Shown here: in pieces, positions 51,118 through 63,894 of the stretch | How positions within the stretch are numbered: position 1 is the stretch's first letter | How the letters are laid out: each line of letters opens with the position of its first letter | Translations under genes and position numbers: made by a program | Assembly (NCBI GenBank): GCA_043228905.1 | Contig: JBHGNT010000002.1 | Span: 22,940,001 to 23,004,000, forward strand | DNA from: Azolla caroliniana | Taxonomy: Eukaryota; Plantae; Polypodiophyta | Direction: 5' to 3' | DNA: 64,000 bases | Notes under the pieces: model-generated | What the model saw: the letters and a program-made list of their open reading frames with translations, nothing else | What the model was told of the DNA's origin: nothing | The model's database searches: none

Positions 51118-54100
51118 TACACAGTTACGCACTCTGATCTTGCACTAACAAGAATGACAACAACACTCACTAAGTTTTCTCTAAATCATATTTATACTAA
51201 TATGACTTTTCGGCTATTTACAAATATAGCCTCCGATGGACTCTCAGAAACATATTTACGAATATGTCCCTTCGTCCGGTGAGCACTCCTCACTAGGCCT
51301 GCATCATCTGGCACTTGCTGGGCACACATCATCCGGTTCTCACCGGGTCTTCACCATCCGGCTCTTGCCGGGTACTCGTCATCCGGCTCTCATTGGGTCT
51401 TCCGTAGCCGGGTACTCGTCATCCGGTTTCGGCCTCAGCCGAGTTTGCTCATTAGTACTATTCTTCTCACTTCCCATCCGGAGGGACCTGATTCCTAACA
51501 AACTCCCCTCCCCCTTCACTCCGGCATGGGATGTCTTACTAGTCTGATCCGCTTCCGGCATGCATCTAGCTTCTCGGGTATCAGTACTTTGGTCAGCATA
51601 TCTGACCCGTTCTCGGCCATGTGGATCTTCGTCAGCACGAACTCCTGGTCATCTACTCTTTCCTGGATCCAGTGATACCTTCGCTGGATATGCTTCGTCC
51701 GGGAATGGTAGGCTGCATTCTTAGCAAGGTGGATGGCACTTTGACTGTCACAATAGAGCCGGTATTCATCTTGTCGGATACCGAGCTCTCCGATGAAGTC
51801 CTTCATCCATAATATTTCCTTGTCGGCTTCCAAAGCCGCCATGTACTCCGCCTTCGTGGTTGACAACGCAACCGTCTTCTGTAGCCTCGACTGCCACGAA
51901 ACAGCTCCCCCTGCATATGTCATTACATACCTGGATGTAGACCGGCTGGTATCCACATCAGCCGACATGTCCAAATCGGTAAAACCGTCAAGTTGAGGTT
52001 TACCGGAGCCGAATCGGAGACACATATTCGAAGTGCCCTTCAAGTACTGGAGTATCCATTTGACCGCGTTCTAGTGCTCCTTGCCGGGATTGCTCATAAA
52101 CCGGCTCATCACTCCGACTGCGTATCCTATATTCGAGCGGGTACACACCATTGCGTACATTAAGCTCCCGATGGCAGAGGCATATGGAACCTTCATCATA
52201 TCAGCTTTCTCAGCTTTTGTCTTCGGCCTTTGCTTACCGGATAATCTGCAGTTTGCCGGGAGTGTCGATCTGACCGGTTTCGCATCTGACATGTTGAATC
52301 GCTGAAGCACCTTTGTCACGTACTTCTCCTATGACAGCCACAATTGCTTCGTTGCCCGGTTCCGGATGATATGCATTCCCAGCATCTGTCTTGCCAGACC
52401 CAAGTCTTTCATTGAGAAGGTCCGGTTGAGAGCCTTCTTCAGCATTCGTATTTTGGCTTGGTCTTGTCCGACGATCAACATGTTGTCCACGTATAGAAGG
52501 AGTATCAGGAAGTTGCCTCCTTCGAACTTCTTCACAAACACGCAATGATCGGCTTGCGTCTTGTGGTACCCTTGATCGGTCATGAAGGAGTCGAACTTCC
52601 GGTACCATTGTCGGGGAGCCTGCTTCAGTCCGTACATGCTCTTCTTCAACCGGCATACCAGGTGCTCCTTCCCTTTCTCCACGAATCCTTCCGGTTGCTG
52701 CATGTAGATCTCCTCTTTGAGGTCGTCGTGAAGGAATGTCGTCTTCACATCTAGCTGCTCTACCTCGAGGTCCATGCTTGCCGCTATACTCAGCACCATC
52801 CGGATGGAGGTCATCTTTACTACCGGGGCAAATATCTCGTCGAAGTCCACGCCCTTCTTCTGCTGGAACCCCTTCACCATGATCCTAGCTTTGTATCTCG
52901 GGGGGTTGCCGGCATATCCCGGTTTCAACTTGTACACCCACTTGTTTCGGAGTGCCCGCTTTCCTTTCGACAACTCCACCAATTCGTACGTATGGTTCTC
53001 ATGTAGGGAATCCATCTCATCCTGCATGGCACTTAACCATTTGCAGCTGTGGGTGTCATCCTTCGCTTCTTCGAAGCTTTCTGGCTCCCCCTCATTGGTT
53101 AACAGCACATACTCTACATCCGGAAATCTCCGGGGGGGGCTTCTCTCTCTGAGAGGATATCTCCGTCTCTGGGCTTCGGTAACCGGCTCCTCCATTTGCT
53201 CTTCATCCGAATCCGATTCGGGGTCTTGGCCGGTTCCGGTTTCAGCTTCCTCTACTTCTTCTTCTGCCAGTTCGGTATCCTCACCGTAACCGGCTGGTTC
53301 CTCGAGTGCTAACCGGTCTCTTGCCGGTTGGGTCTGCTCATCGTAGAATCGATCCTTACTGGTCGACTCGGAGTTCATTATCTTCTTCTCCGACTCCCAG
53401 TCGGCAAGCGTCTTGTCCTCCATGAAGATAATATCTCGACTCCGGAATACCTTCTTGTTGACCGGGTCCCACACTCGATAGCCGAACTCATCGTCGCTGT
53501 AACCGAGGAATATGCATGGCCGGGTCTTCGGATCTAGTTTTCCTCTCCGATCCTTAGCTACATGCACGTACGCGAGACACCCGAACACCTTCAGATGCTG
53601 GTAGGACACTTCCTTACCGGTCCATACTCTCTGCAGCGTGTCTCCGTCCAAGGGTACTGAGGGTGATCTGTTTATCACATATGTTGCCGTCGACAGTGCC
53701 TCAGCCCAAAACGTCTTGGGTAATTTTTCATGCGCCAGCATACTCCAGACCCTCTCCATTATGGTCCGGTTCATCCTCTCGGCTAGCTTGTTTATTCCCG
53801 ACGTCTTCGGCACGGTAAATTCGAGCCAGATTCCCTTCGGGCGATAGTACTTCTCGAACTGCCCCCGGTATTCACCTCCGTTATCTGCTCGAACCGCCTT
53901 CAGCTTCCGGCCGGTTTCTCTTTCCATCTTGTGTGGAGCACTTTGAAGACGGATAACACCTGATCCTTCGTCTTCAACGGTGTGACCCACAACTTCCGGC
54001 TGTGGTCATCTATGAATGTCACGAAGTACTACGATTCGACATGTGGCTTCGTGTCCACTTGACATACATTAGTATGCACCAACTCCAGTGGTGCATTACG

Positions 54101-54548
54101 TCTCATTGGTGGCCTCAATCGGAAGGAGGTCCGGTTTTGTTTACCGGCCAAACAGTCAGTGCACTTCTCCAAGTGCACGTTCATCACTGGAATGAGGTTG
54201 TCGTCTGCAAGCCTCTTCATCCCCTTCTCGCTCATGTGACACAGCGTCTTGTGCCATAGCTCACCGGTAGTGTCGGATGCCACATTCACTTCTTCCGGAC
54301 ATAACCGGGCATTCATCAGGTACAACGTGTTGACCTTCCGGGCCCGAGCCACAATCAGGCTCCCTTTGCTGAACTTCATAACACCGTTCCGGATGCTACC
54401 CATGTAGCCTTCATCATCTAGCCGACCGGCTGATATCAGGTTCAGTCGAACCTCCAGAACGTGTCGGACATCCTTCAGTAGCAGCTTGCATCCAGTTGGT
54501 GTTGTCAACCACACGTCTCCTATGCCGACAATTCGGCATGTACCTTCA
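50809..54548 (-). mobile_element. Second, older copy of the same copia family (3' LTR 50809-51500, PPT, RH-RT-INT-part of PR), 5' end lost
   Basis: ORFs 51516-52043, 52071-52319, 52329-53990 closely parallel the young element (e.g. AAYHSRTKHIQRRYHW, KARIMVKGFQQKKGVDFDEIF); LTR begins TGTTAGGAATCAGGTCCCTCCGGATGGG on - strand. Confidence 0.9.
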
Positions 54549-54574
54549 ACCACACTTCTCCTGCAACAGCTTGC

Positions 54575-55419
54575 ATCCTTCAATGTTGTTGGCCACCATA
54601 GTCCACTTTGCCATATTTTCCTTGCCATAGCGTCTCCGGCATAATGTCCTCCAGCCACTCCGTAGTGTGCTTCGCGCAATATTATGTCCTTTTCGTCGCT
54701 GCGCACTGCACACCGCCATATGCCATCTGTGCCTTTGTGGTATAGTGTGTCCTGTAATAGATAGAAGTGCCGGCTTTGAACAGTTAAGCGTTTCCTCTCG
54801 TCTCTGTCCATCTCCTCTGGAGGTAAGCCGGTGCTCAGAAATTGGTGCATGTTGGTGAGCCACTTGTCTTCCTCTACGACCGTACCATCCGTTGCCATTT
54901 CTGCTGTGACTCTAAACAGCTCTGCATCCGGGAACTCGTTTGGGATGCCGTCACCGGTTTCGCCGGAATCTAACCGGCTCAAATAGTCTGCTACCGCATG
55001 TTGTATGCCGGGTCGGTGGAATATCTCGAACTCAAATTCTTGTAATAGTAACGTCCATCGGGCCAGCTTACCGGTGAGTGATGCTTTGGACACCAAATAG
55101 AGGAGCGCCGAATGATCTACGTGAAAGGAAAATTTCCTTCCCAACAGATAGTTTCTAAACTTGGTGAAACTGTAGATCATGCCTAAGTCCTCTCTTTCTG
55201 TTGTGAAATAATTATGTTCTGCTTGGGACAGCTTCCGGCTAGCATAATACACTGGCCAGTACCACTTCGGTTTTGTAAGTTGCATAAGCGCGCTCCCGAT
55301 TGCGATGTCGGACGCGTCAACGAACACATGGAACTCTGTAGACCAATCCGGAGGTTGCACCACCGACGCTTGTGACAATAGTACTTTTGAGCCCGGTAAG
55401 CCTTGTCTTTTGTGTCCGT
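54575..55419 (-). mobile_element. Ty3/gypsy pol fragment (RT C-terminus/RNase H to integrase zinc-binding region)
   Basis: 'FHVFVDASDIAIG', 'YYASRKLS', 'VDHSALLYL', 'LARWTLLLQEFEFEIFHRPG..HAVADYLSRL', 'EAHYGVAGGHY...GLWWPT'. Confidence 0.85.
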
Positions 55420-56008
55420 TGTCGTGAAGAAAACCGGCCATAGGCAGAATCGAAGAAAAAGGCACATGAACCGGCTCTTACATGGGTGGACGCGAGGATT
55501 GACATATTGTACATAATTCGTAATTAGGGCAACTAGTGTAAATACTAGCTAGTGCACATTTATTAGGGGATTTTGTGCGTATCTCTGTCGACAAGGATAG
55601 GGAATAAAGCAGTTTGGCTAAGGAAAAGGGGGCATCACCTTTTGGGGAACTATTTAAGGAGGGAGAGGAGGAAGGAGCAGGTATCGCGCGCTAGGGAGGA
55701 CGAAGTGCTGCTGCAGATTTGAGTGTCGAGATCTCTCTTCTCCTCTGGCCGTCGGTCTCTGTGGGTCGGGAGCTCGCTGCCTCTGCTTCGTGGACAGCCC
55801 GTGCGCTTCCAGTAGAGGCTCTCCCCCTTTGTTTTGTTTCTGGGAGTCGAGCGAGTGCTGTCTGTGTGTGTGAGTAGGATCCCCGTGTCGGGTCCATCGC
55901 CGCCTTGTCGGTTGTAACCGTCAGAGTTGTATTCTCTTGTCGTTGTAATCTCTTGTTATTGAAATCAAGTGTTACGTTCTATATCTCTCCTTCTCGCTTC
56001 ACGTATCT

Positions 56009-56068
<60 letters not shown>

Positions 56069-57331
56069 AGTTCAAGACCCCCGTGGTCCCGCCCCTTCTA
56101 CACACACGAGCGTAACAACGCGACATATTTGGTGAACCCGACGTGAACGGGGCGGCAAAGGAGTCGAAAGATGAGGTGATCAGAGCTAGCAGAGGCAATG
56201 GTGGTGGCCGTCAACTGGCTGGTGAGCGCTCGTGAGGGGACGGGTACGCTCGACAAAGCCATTGAATCGATCGTCGGCTCTATAGGTTGCTTCGGAGGGA
56301 AAGACGCCACAAGTTATTTGGAGGCTTACTGGGCCGAAATGATCATGAGGGATATCCCGGTGACCAAGCAGTTGTCCGTATTCCCTCGGGTGGTGACGCC
56401 GGGCATCCACGCGGAGGTGCTCGAGGTGTTGGCCGGATGCCAGACTTGGGAGGAGTTCGAGCTGCAGCTCCTCGAGAAGTACGGGTTTGACGACTCGCTT
56501 CGGCTGTCGAGGCGGGACTTCATGGAGTGGGTGGAAAGCCCCGGAAAAGGGAGGAACACGTCGGTGCTTCTCCAAGAGTTCAAAAAACGGTTCGCGCGGT
56601 AGTCGACACTGGACCAGACGGTGCTCGAAATAAGTCGAGTACTACTGTTTGTCAAGTTGGTGGGCGCGCTCGACAGGGAAAAGGTGGGTCCCATATTGGA
56701 AACGGACGAAGGGCTCACGACAGACTGGGCCGTGGTAAAACGGGTCTGCAACCGTTTCGACAAACGGTGTGATTGGAGCGATGGAAGCTCGTCGTGGTCG
56801 GGGCCGGTCCCAGGGAGAAGACTCGAGGAGCCGGTATCGATGCCGGTCGGTAGGAAGGAAGAGACCCGAATCTGGCTAGAGTCGGGGCCGACATCGAATG
56901 ACGTGGTCAGAGGCCCATCCAGAGGAGCGGCTCTGGAGGAGCTGACACAGATGGTGCGCGACCTACAGATCGCACAGGCCCGGAGAGACAACGGCGAACA
57001 ACCTCGCGACCAGAGGCCGCCGACTGGGCAACGGTGCATGTGGTGTGACACGATTGGTCACATTCGGAAGGATTGCGCGGATTTTGCCGACGCGCTCAGG
57101 ACCAATGTGAGCCAGACCTGGAGAGCCCTAGAACTGAATACGGGAAGTGGCGGAATGAAGAGGTTGATGGAAGAGGCCGCAGCACGGCACGTCGAAGCCG
57201 TTAACTACTCACTGTCGGCGGGAATTCGGATCGGGGGTGATGAGACCCGGAAGGCGAAGGACTCCGGATTCTGGCCGCTAGTGCTAGAAGGCCTCTCCGG
57301 AGTTTGGTTGAAGAAGGAAGAGGCGGACCGT
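55420..57331 (+). mobile_element. Trp-primed Ty3/gypsy element: 5' LTR 55420-56125, PBS 56130-56147, gag ~56198-57331 with a stop
   Basis: LTR TGTCGTG...CGCGACA; PBS TGGTGAACCCGACGTGAA complementary to the plant tRNA-Trp 3' end; gag with CMWCDTIGHIRKDC zinc knuckle; probably Phygy/Selgy-like lineage (inference). Confidence 0.85.
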
Positions 57332-57465
57332 TGTCGCGTTGTTACGCGCGTACGTGTAGAAAGGGGCGGGACCACCAGGGTCTTGGACCGAGGAGCGAGA
57401 GAGACAGAGACAGAGACAGAGATTCACAGACACGTAGAAACGAGAAGGAGAGATATATAGAACGT
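57332..57465 (-). mobile_element. End of an inverted LTR of the same gypsy family inserted in gag
   Basis: TGTCGCGTTGTTACGCG...GGGGCGGGACCACCAGGGTCTTGG is the reverse complement of the LTR end at ~56070-56125. Confidence 0.8.
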
Positions 57466-58910
57466 TGTCGTGAAGAATTTCGGCCAGAGGCGGAAACCGG
57501 GGAAGATTGGCTACATCGGCGGGGTGCAGCGTGTGTACGCACCCATGTACATTTAGTGTGAATATCGAGGGCGCCTTTATGGCGCCGAAGAGTAGTCAAG
57601 TCGGGACAGACGATCCCATGTAAGTCGGGATTTATCCCACATTGTAACACATCCCTTTCCTTGTTCTATAAAAGGAAGGGAACGCCCTTTGTGTAAGGGT
57701 TGCCCATTTTGCATTAGAGGGTATACCGTTAGGTTTAGAGTTAGTTTCTTCTTCTTCTTCTTCTCCCCCTTCGTGTTCTGCTTAGGGTTTGCTTTGGCGC
57801 TGTCGTGAAGAATGTGCTTCACGATATAAAAATGAGCTTAAATGTTGTATTTAATAATATTTCAGAGACTTGAACCCACATCCTTATATACGATGTACAA
57901 TGTACATACCACTAGGCTAGGCTAGGCTATTTATTTGTAAAAGTGCGTAATAAATGTGCTTCATGATATAAGAATGAAGCTATATATTGTATTAAGTAAA
58001 ATTGAGGGACTTGAACCCTCAACCTTGTATACCAAGCACCAAGCATACACCATTAAGCTAGGTTAGTTATTTTAGAATGCATTTTCATCATTATACTTAT
58101 CTCATATCTATTTTCATACATAGCCATCATTCATCACATGCAATGCATTTGCACCAAATGGCGATCATGCATTACATGTAACTCATGCATTGCATGCATG
58201 CCATGCTCCCATACATTACCATATGAATGGCAACACTTATATAAAGAGGGGAAAGGGAAAACAAGGAGGGGGGAATCAAGAGAAAGTTAGAGAAATAAGA
58301 TAATAATAATAATAAAAACAAGTTAGCTTGTTGGTGAAAAGGCTCGTGTTTCCAAGTTGGAGTCAAGAGTTCGAATCAAGGATTGGTAGAGAAAGGGTTC
58401 ATCTTGCTACCAAACATTGTAAAGTCGGTAAAATCTTGTATTCGTAATACACATCATGTTCATGTCATATACTTTTTTGTCTTAAATCATACTTTGTCTC
58501 TATCTTGCGTCTTGAATCATACATTGCCTCTATCTTTTATCTATACTAGTCTCTCTCTCACACATATTACTTTAAACTATTATTCTTCATATCCTTTATC
58601 TTCCTAACATTTGCGCGCAAGCCTTATAAAAGTTCCTTCAACTCCCCTTAACCTTAGTCCTTGCGACTTCGCCGCACGAACCACAACTACCCCGAGAGTG
58701 CGACGAGCTGAGAGCTCCCCGACGGCGGCTTGGCAGCAGACGACTACTGTAACCTGCCTCAGCCCGGCTCGAAGCCGGGAATGTATTCTTTTTTTTTTAT
58801 ATGTATACATTTGCGTCTGTCTGTGTATATTTGCGTCGTTGTCGGCGTCGGGTGCTTCCCCTTTCCTGCATTTCCTGTACATAAGGGTGTGTGTGTGCGT
58901 GAGTCGGTGT

Positions 58911-58952
<42 letters not shown>

Positions 58953-59082
58953 TCAGTTCCTTCCGGTGTGCTTCTGAGATGCCCCATAAACAGTGAAGCA
59001 CGACTTCCTACGCTCCGTCACTCCCTAGTCCAAGACCCCCGTGGTCCCGCCTTTTTCCTCGCACGCGCGTAACAACGCGACA
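57466..59082 (+). mobile_element. Gypsy LTR (57466-57800 plus ~58660-59082) interrupted by another TGTCGTGAAG-initiated LTR (57801 to ~58660)
   Basis: LTR starts TGTCGTGAAG at 57466 and 57801; end CAAGACCCCCGTGGTCCCGCC...CGTAACAACGCGACA at 59082, followed by a truncated Trp PBS (TATTTGGTGA). Confidence 0.7.
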
Positions 59083-59092
59083 TATTTGGTGA

Positions 59093-60662
59093 TGTGCGAC
59101 CCCAGATCTTGCTATGCTAAGGTGGATCGCCTACATCAATTCTTTAAACCCAGAGATCCGTCACATTGCAGGGAAGAAGAACGCCAATGGCTGACATGCT
59201 GTCGAGGGCAAGATTTTCAAATGGAAGTAACATGGTTTCGGAAGATGAAGATATCGCCCTTGACTTCTTCAAGATGGCTCGATTGTCGGCGGAACCTTCA
59301 CACCTTCAACGAGAACGAGTACGAAGGAGAGTGGTTACTCATCAGTAGATTCCTAAGAACATTGACGACAGATGCTTCATTGACAAAGGAAGAGGCCCTA
59401 CGAATCCGAAAGAAAGCTTACCGATACTTCTTGAAGGGAGGATTCCTTTGGCGACATCCAAAAAGAAGGACAGGAATACCACGTCGAGTGGTGGTAAAGA
59501 AAGAAGAACAAGAGACGCTGATGACCGAATTCCACGAGAGTGCTTGGGCAGGTTATAGAGGAACATGGGCGACGTTCGAAAAGTTGAAGGAGAAGTACTG
59601 GTGGCCAAGCATGTACAAAGATGTACTCCATTTCGTGTCCACATGCGAAACTTGCCAAATATATTCAAATATATGTCATCGTGATGAGTTACAACCGACA
59701 TACCCACTCACCATACACTTCAAATGGATGGTGGATCTGGTCTCGATGCCAATGGGAGTGGGACAAATGAAGTACTTAGCGCTGGCAAGGGAAGACTTGA
59801 CAAATCAAGTGGAAGGACGAGCCTTGACAAATAAGACGACTTCAGCCGTTTGCAAATTTCTGCTTGAAGAGGTTGTTTGCCGATATGGATGTGTAGGGAA
59901 GATAGTGGCCGACCGAGGGGAGTTGGACGCGCACGAAGCGACGGAGCTCTTCGAAAGACTAGGCGTGAAGCTCTCCCTCACGACTGCCTACAATCCGGAA
60001 GCGAATGGGAAGATCGAGCGAGGGCATGGACCTATCGTTAAAGCCATCGTACGGGCATGCAACGGTTGAGTCGGGAATTGGCCACGACTATTACCCTATT
60101 CCTTGTGGGCCGATAGAACGACACATAGCTCGGTGACAGGGTATATGCCGACGGAGCTTATGTATGGACAAAAGCCGATTATGCCCATCGAAAGGACGAT
60201 CGCCTCATGGGTAGCGATACCATGGGAGAACGAGATGAGCCGAGAAGAGTTATTAGCGGCGCGGATAAGGCAACTTGAAAGAAGACCTGAAGATTTAGAA
60301 AAAGCGCGAAAGATGATGGAGGCAACCCGAGTAAAGAACAAAGTTCGGTTCGACAACACGCATCGACTTCATCCCAAGAAGATTGAAGAAGGGGATTGGG
60401 TTTTGGTTTACGACAACACCCTTGACAATCAACACAGTACAACATCGCAAGAAGATGGTTCGGGCCGTATGTGGTGACAAGTGCCAACGATAATGCCACA
60501 TACCACCTTGCGGAACTAGATGGATCAAGGTTGGCCGTACCCATTGCGGGAAAAAGAGTAAAGATTTTTAAGAAAAGACAAGACAAGGATCCTGACCTCG
60601 ATCACCTCGACGATGAACATAATAGGGCGAATGTAAATGAAGACATGGAGGAATCTAATTGA
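59093..60662 (+). pseudogene. Gypsy RNase H end plus integrase, with an in-frame stop (60067) and frameshifts
   Basis: 'LRWIAYI...MADMLSRARF', 'KLKEKYWWPSMYKDV...CETCQ', 'IVADRGE', 'YNPEANGKIER', 'WADRTT', 'GDWVLVYD', followed by PPT GGTGGGGGTGGA (60723-60734). Confidence 0.88.
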
Positions 60663-60734
60663 TCACCGTAGCCGAAATCTCACTTTCTCTCTTCTTGGCA
60701 CGTACCGGAGGACGTGTGGTTTGGTGGGGGTGGA

Positions 60735-61682
60735 TGTCGTGAAGATTTTCGGCAATAGTGTGAAAATCCCATAAAACGTACGAAATCGAGTATGAATCAC
60801 ATAATACAATAATTGTGAAGATAACATTTTAAATAAATTTAATATCTAAGTACAAAATGATGGAGGTTTCGAATGCACTTTATTACACGAGAAACGGACA
60901 ACTAAATGTCAAGATATGAGGATATAAAGTTTGTGAAAGGAAAAGAGAAAATTGTGAGATATCCCACATAGGCACGACAAATACGGCTCTCATCATATAT
61001 AAGGTAGAGCAAAAGATATTATCTTTGTGTCTATGTGTGGAGCATAGAGAGTTCAAGGTAACTTGAACTAAGAGTGGAGGTGGGCTAGCTACTCGTAAAG
61101 GGTTTTGGCCAACCAAAACCGGACCGGCGATGGAGCCGGTGATCCGACGGCAATTCGGTGACGGCAATCCGACGGCATCCAGCGAGGCACCGGTAATCGA
61201 CGGTATCCGGCGGCAACCGACGATGACGAGATGACAGCATCCGGCGAACCGGCGTCCGGTGACTAGATAAATAAATATACAAATATATATACATATATAC
61301 ATATAAAAGGAGGGCAAGTAAGGATTCAAACCTTGCACCTCCGAGTTAGGAGTCAATTGGCTTACCATTAAGCCATGCCATTTAGTTGAATTTATATTTC
61401 TATCATTATACTTTTACATGTAAATTCTCATACATGAGAGCTAAAATGAGTGACATGGTTATCATGCACCACATGTAATACATAAGCGCCAAATGGCAAA
61501 CATGCATTTTATGCATGTCTTGTACCCTCACATGCATCATATGCATGAGAGCATCTATAAAAGAAGGAAGGGGGAGGAGAAAAAAGGGGGTTTTTTTTGT
61601 TATGAAATTAAGAAGAAGAAATTCGTTATCAAATTGATCGTGTAACTTGTTTCTTAAATCTAAAGTTAAAAGTTCAATCAAT
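60735..61682 (+). mobile_element. 3' LTR of the gypsy element, interrupted at 61683
   Basis: Starts TGTCGTGAAGATTTTCGGCAA directly after the PPT; colinear with solo LTR 19599-20685. Confidence 0.85.
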
Positions 61683-61789
61683 TGTTATTCTCTGACCGGA
61701 CAAGGCCTAACACAAGGTGTCACGGAGACACTTCACCAAAGGGTGATTACGGCATAGGATTAAGATTCAACGATTACACCGACTTACGT

Positions 61790-62578
61790 TGTCGTGCCTT
61801 TCGGCTCCGGATCGTTGCGTGAGTCGGGTGGGAACCACCGGGGTTTTGGACTAGGAGAAAGAAGAATATGAGATGAGGCTAGTAATGAATAGATTATTAG
61901 AAAGAGAGATAGAAATTTCGTGAATCCCACAAGTGTATTGTATTCGATTAATCAATATTTAGATATGAATATGTATTTAGATTGAAAGAAAGATATAAGA
62001 AACTTGTGAATCCCACAAGTATAGATTATATTATTTTCGTGAATCCCACGATTATATTAATCGGTTGGTGTTTTCGGAAATATATCCAATTTCCAAATAT
62101 TTCACACCCTATTACATTGTGCTCCCCATCCTTATGTAGTGATGGGAGAGACTAAGCATAGCTACATGCTTTTTTTCTAATATTTTCATGCACACTAAAT
62201 GTGCATGTGATGCTTTTCTAATCCTTGCTTTTATTTGCTAAATATAGTGCTCATGCACGCTAGATGTGCACGAGTCACTTTTTAGTTGCTTGCGTTTTTT
62301 CTATAAAATATTCACACACTCTAAAAATGCACGATTTACCTTTTAATAAAGGTAGGCGCAAATAAAGCACTTATAGTTATTAAATCTATTTATAGAATAC
62401 TAAAGATAAGGTAGCATAATGCTAAACTTGAGGTTTGGCTACGTGGAGGTACAAGGTTCGAATCTTGCCCTATGCACGTGATAAATATCTTGATATTCTT
62501 ATTTTATTTATTTATATGTAATTAAATCGGTTATATTATTTTTACTTTTTCACGTAGTGTACGAAATACACTACGACA
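61790..62578 (-). mobile_element. Solo LTR (789 bp) related to the Trp-primed gypsy family
   Basis: TGTCGT...ACGACA ends, exact 4-bp TSD ACGT (61786-61789, 62579-62582); CTAGTCCAAAACCCCGGTGGTTCCC 3' motif on - strand resembles other family LTR ends. Confidence 0.85.
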
Positions 62579-62946
62579 ACGTAGGTTACACGATTAGAGT
62601 GCTTTGGTTAATTACACGCGTAAGATATAACAGTAAGTACAGAACGGAAATCAACACAGAAGTATAAACACCATATGCTCTATTAATTATCCGCTGCGAT
62701 TACAATGGGGTCCGGGCCTTTAAATAGGTTTCCGGCCCGTAGTACAAAACGGTGCCCATCGCACCTATTCGGGATCCGTCCGGATCTGGAACGGCATACC
62801 GTTTCCAGTCCGTCCGTCCACACTATTCCTATTTACAACCACACTTAATTAATTCCTTCACTCCGTATTTTGGACTCCTTGCCGGCCGGTAACACATGGC
62901 ACGCCCGTGGGACAATACCTTGTACGTCGAACCCTTCTCGGCCCCT

Positions 62947-63894
62947 TCATTGTTCACCCAAATTGTCCAAAATACTTTGTTCCAGAACTTCCACTTGTTC
63001 TTCCGGTTGTGGTTGTTGCGGCTGTGCTTGCTGCTGCTGCTGTGGTTGCGGTTGGGACTGAGGCTGCTCCGGCTGCTTTGCTTGCTGCTGCTGCTGTGGT
63101 TGCGGTTGGGACTGAGACTGCTCCGTTTGTTTCTCTGACTCCGGCATCTCCGTTTGACTGCTTCCGGTCCGGTCTCCTTCCAGTAACGGTTCCTCATCAC
63201 TGAGGTTGACCGTAACCGGTTCTCGTGCTTTCTCTTCCCGGATCCGGGACCTCTCGTAGCTTTCAAACTGGATCTGCGCCTCCAGCCTGTCGTCGTCCAG
63301 CTGAGCTACAAGTTGCCGGACTTGCCCTAGTTGGTCGTCTGCCAAGGCTTGAAAGTCCTCGGCCAGCTCATCTCTTATGCCGGTGAAGTCTTCGGAAGTC
63401 AGCATATAGCAATCATCTCCCTCCTTCCGCCGGTTCTCTACGTCGGCCCGGAGCAATTGGAGTTCCGCCGCGTTCGTGGCCCACTTGGTCCACCATTTGA
63501 CGGAACCGTTGTCAATCAAGCTCTTGGTCTGGTTCAACCAGGCCCGAATGATATCCTGGATACGACTTGCTCCCATTTGCGCTCTACTTTCCACAACTTG
63601 TCGTTCCTCCTTCAACTGCTTGATGAGATTAGCCGTATCCTCCGCCTGCTCTCTGTAGCGCGTCAGCTGCCCTTGATATGTTGTCTGTAGCCTCTACAGT
63701 ACCTCCGCCGCTCTTTCTTTTTCCGCCTGCTGTTGCCTGAGGAGCTCTGTCCGAACCTTCTCCGCCTCTTCCAGCCGTCTTCTGGTTTCCGCTTGTTCCT
63801 TAGCGTATGCCATTGCGGTCCGATCAACTGCTTGCCGAAGCTCATCCATCCGTTCCTTGTGCTCCGTTTGCAACCGTTTATACTCCCGGTGCAA
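62947..63894 (-). CDS. Retroelement-borne extra ORF, coiled-coil with Gln-rich tail, one premature stop at 63694-63696; probably extends beyond the window
   Basis: ORFs 63694-63894 and 62947-63615 are in one frame separated by a single TAG; E/Q/R/K-rich heptad-like sequence and a repeated QSQPQPQQQQQA; no gag/pol motifs. Confidence 0.6.
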
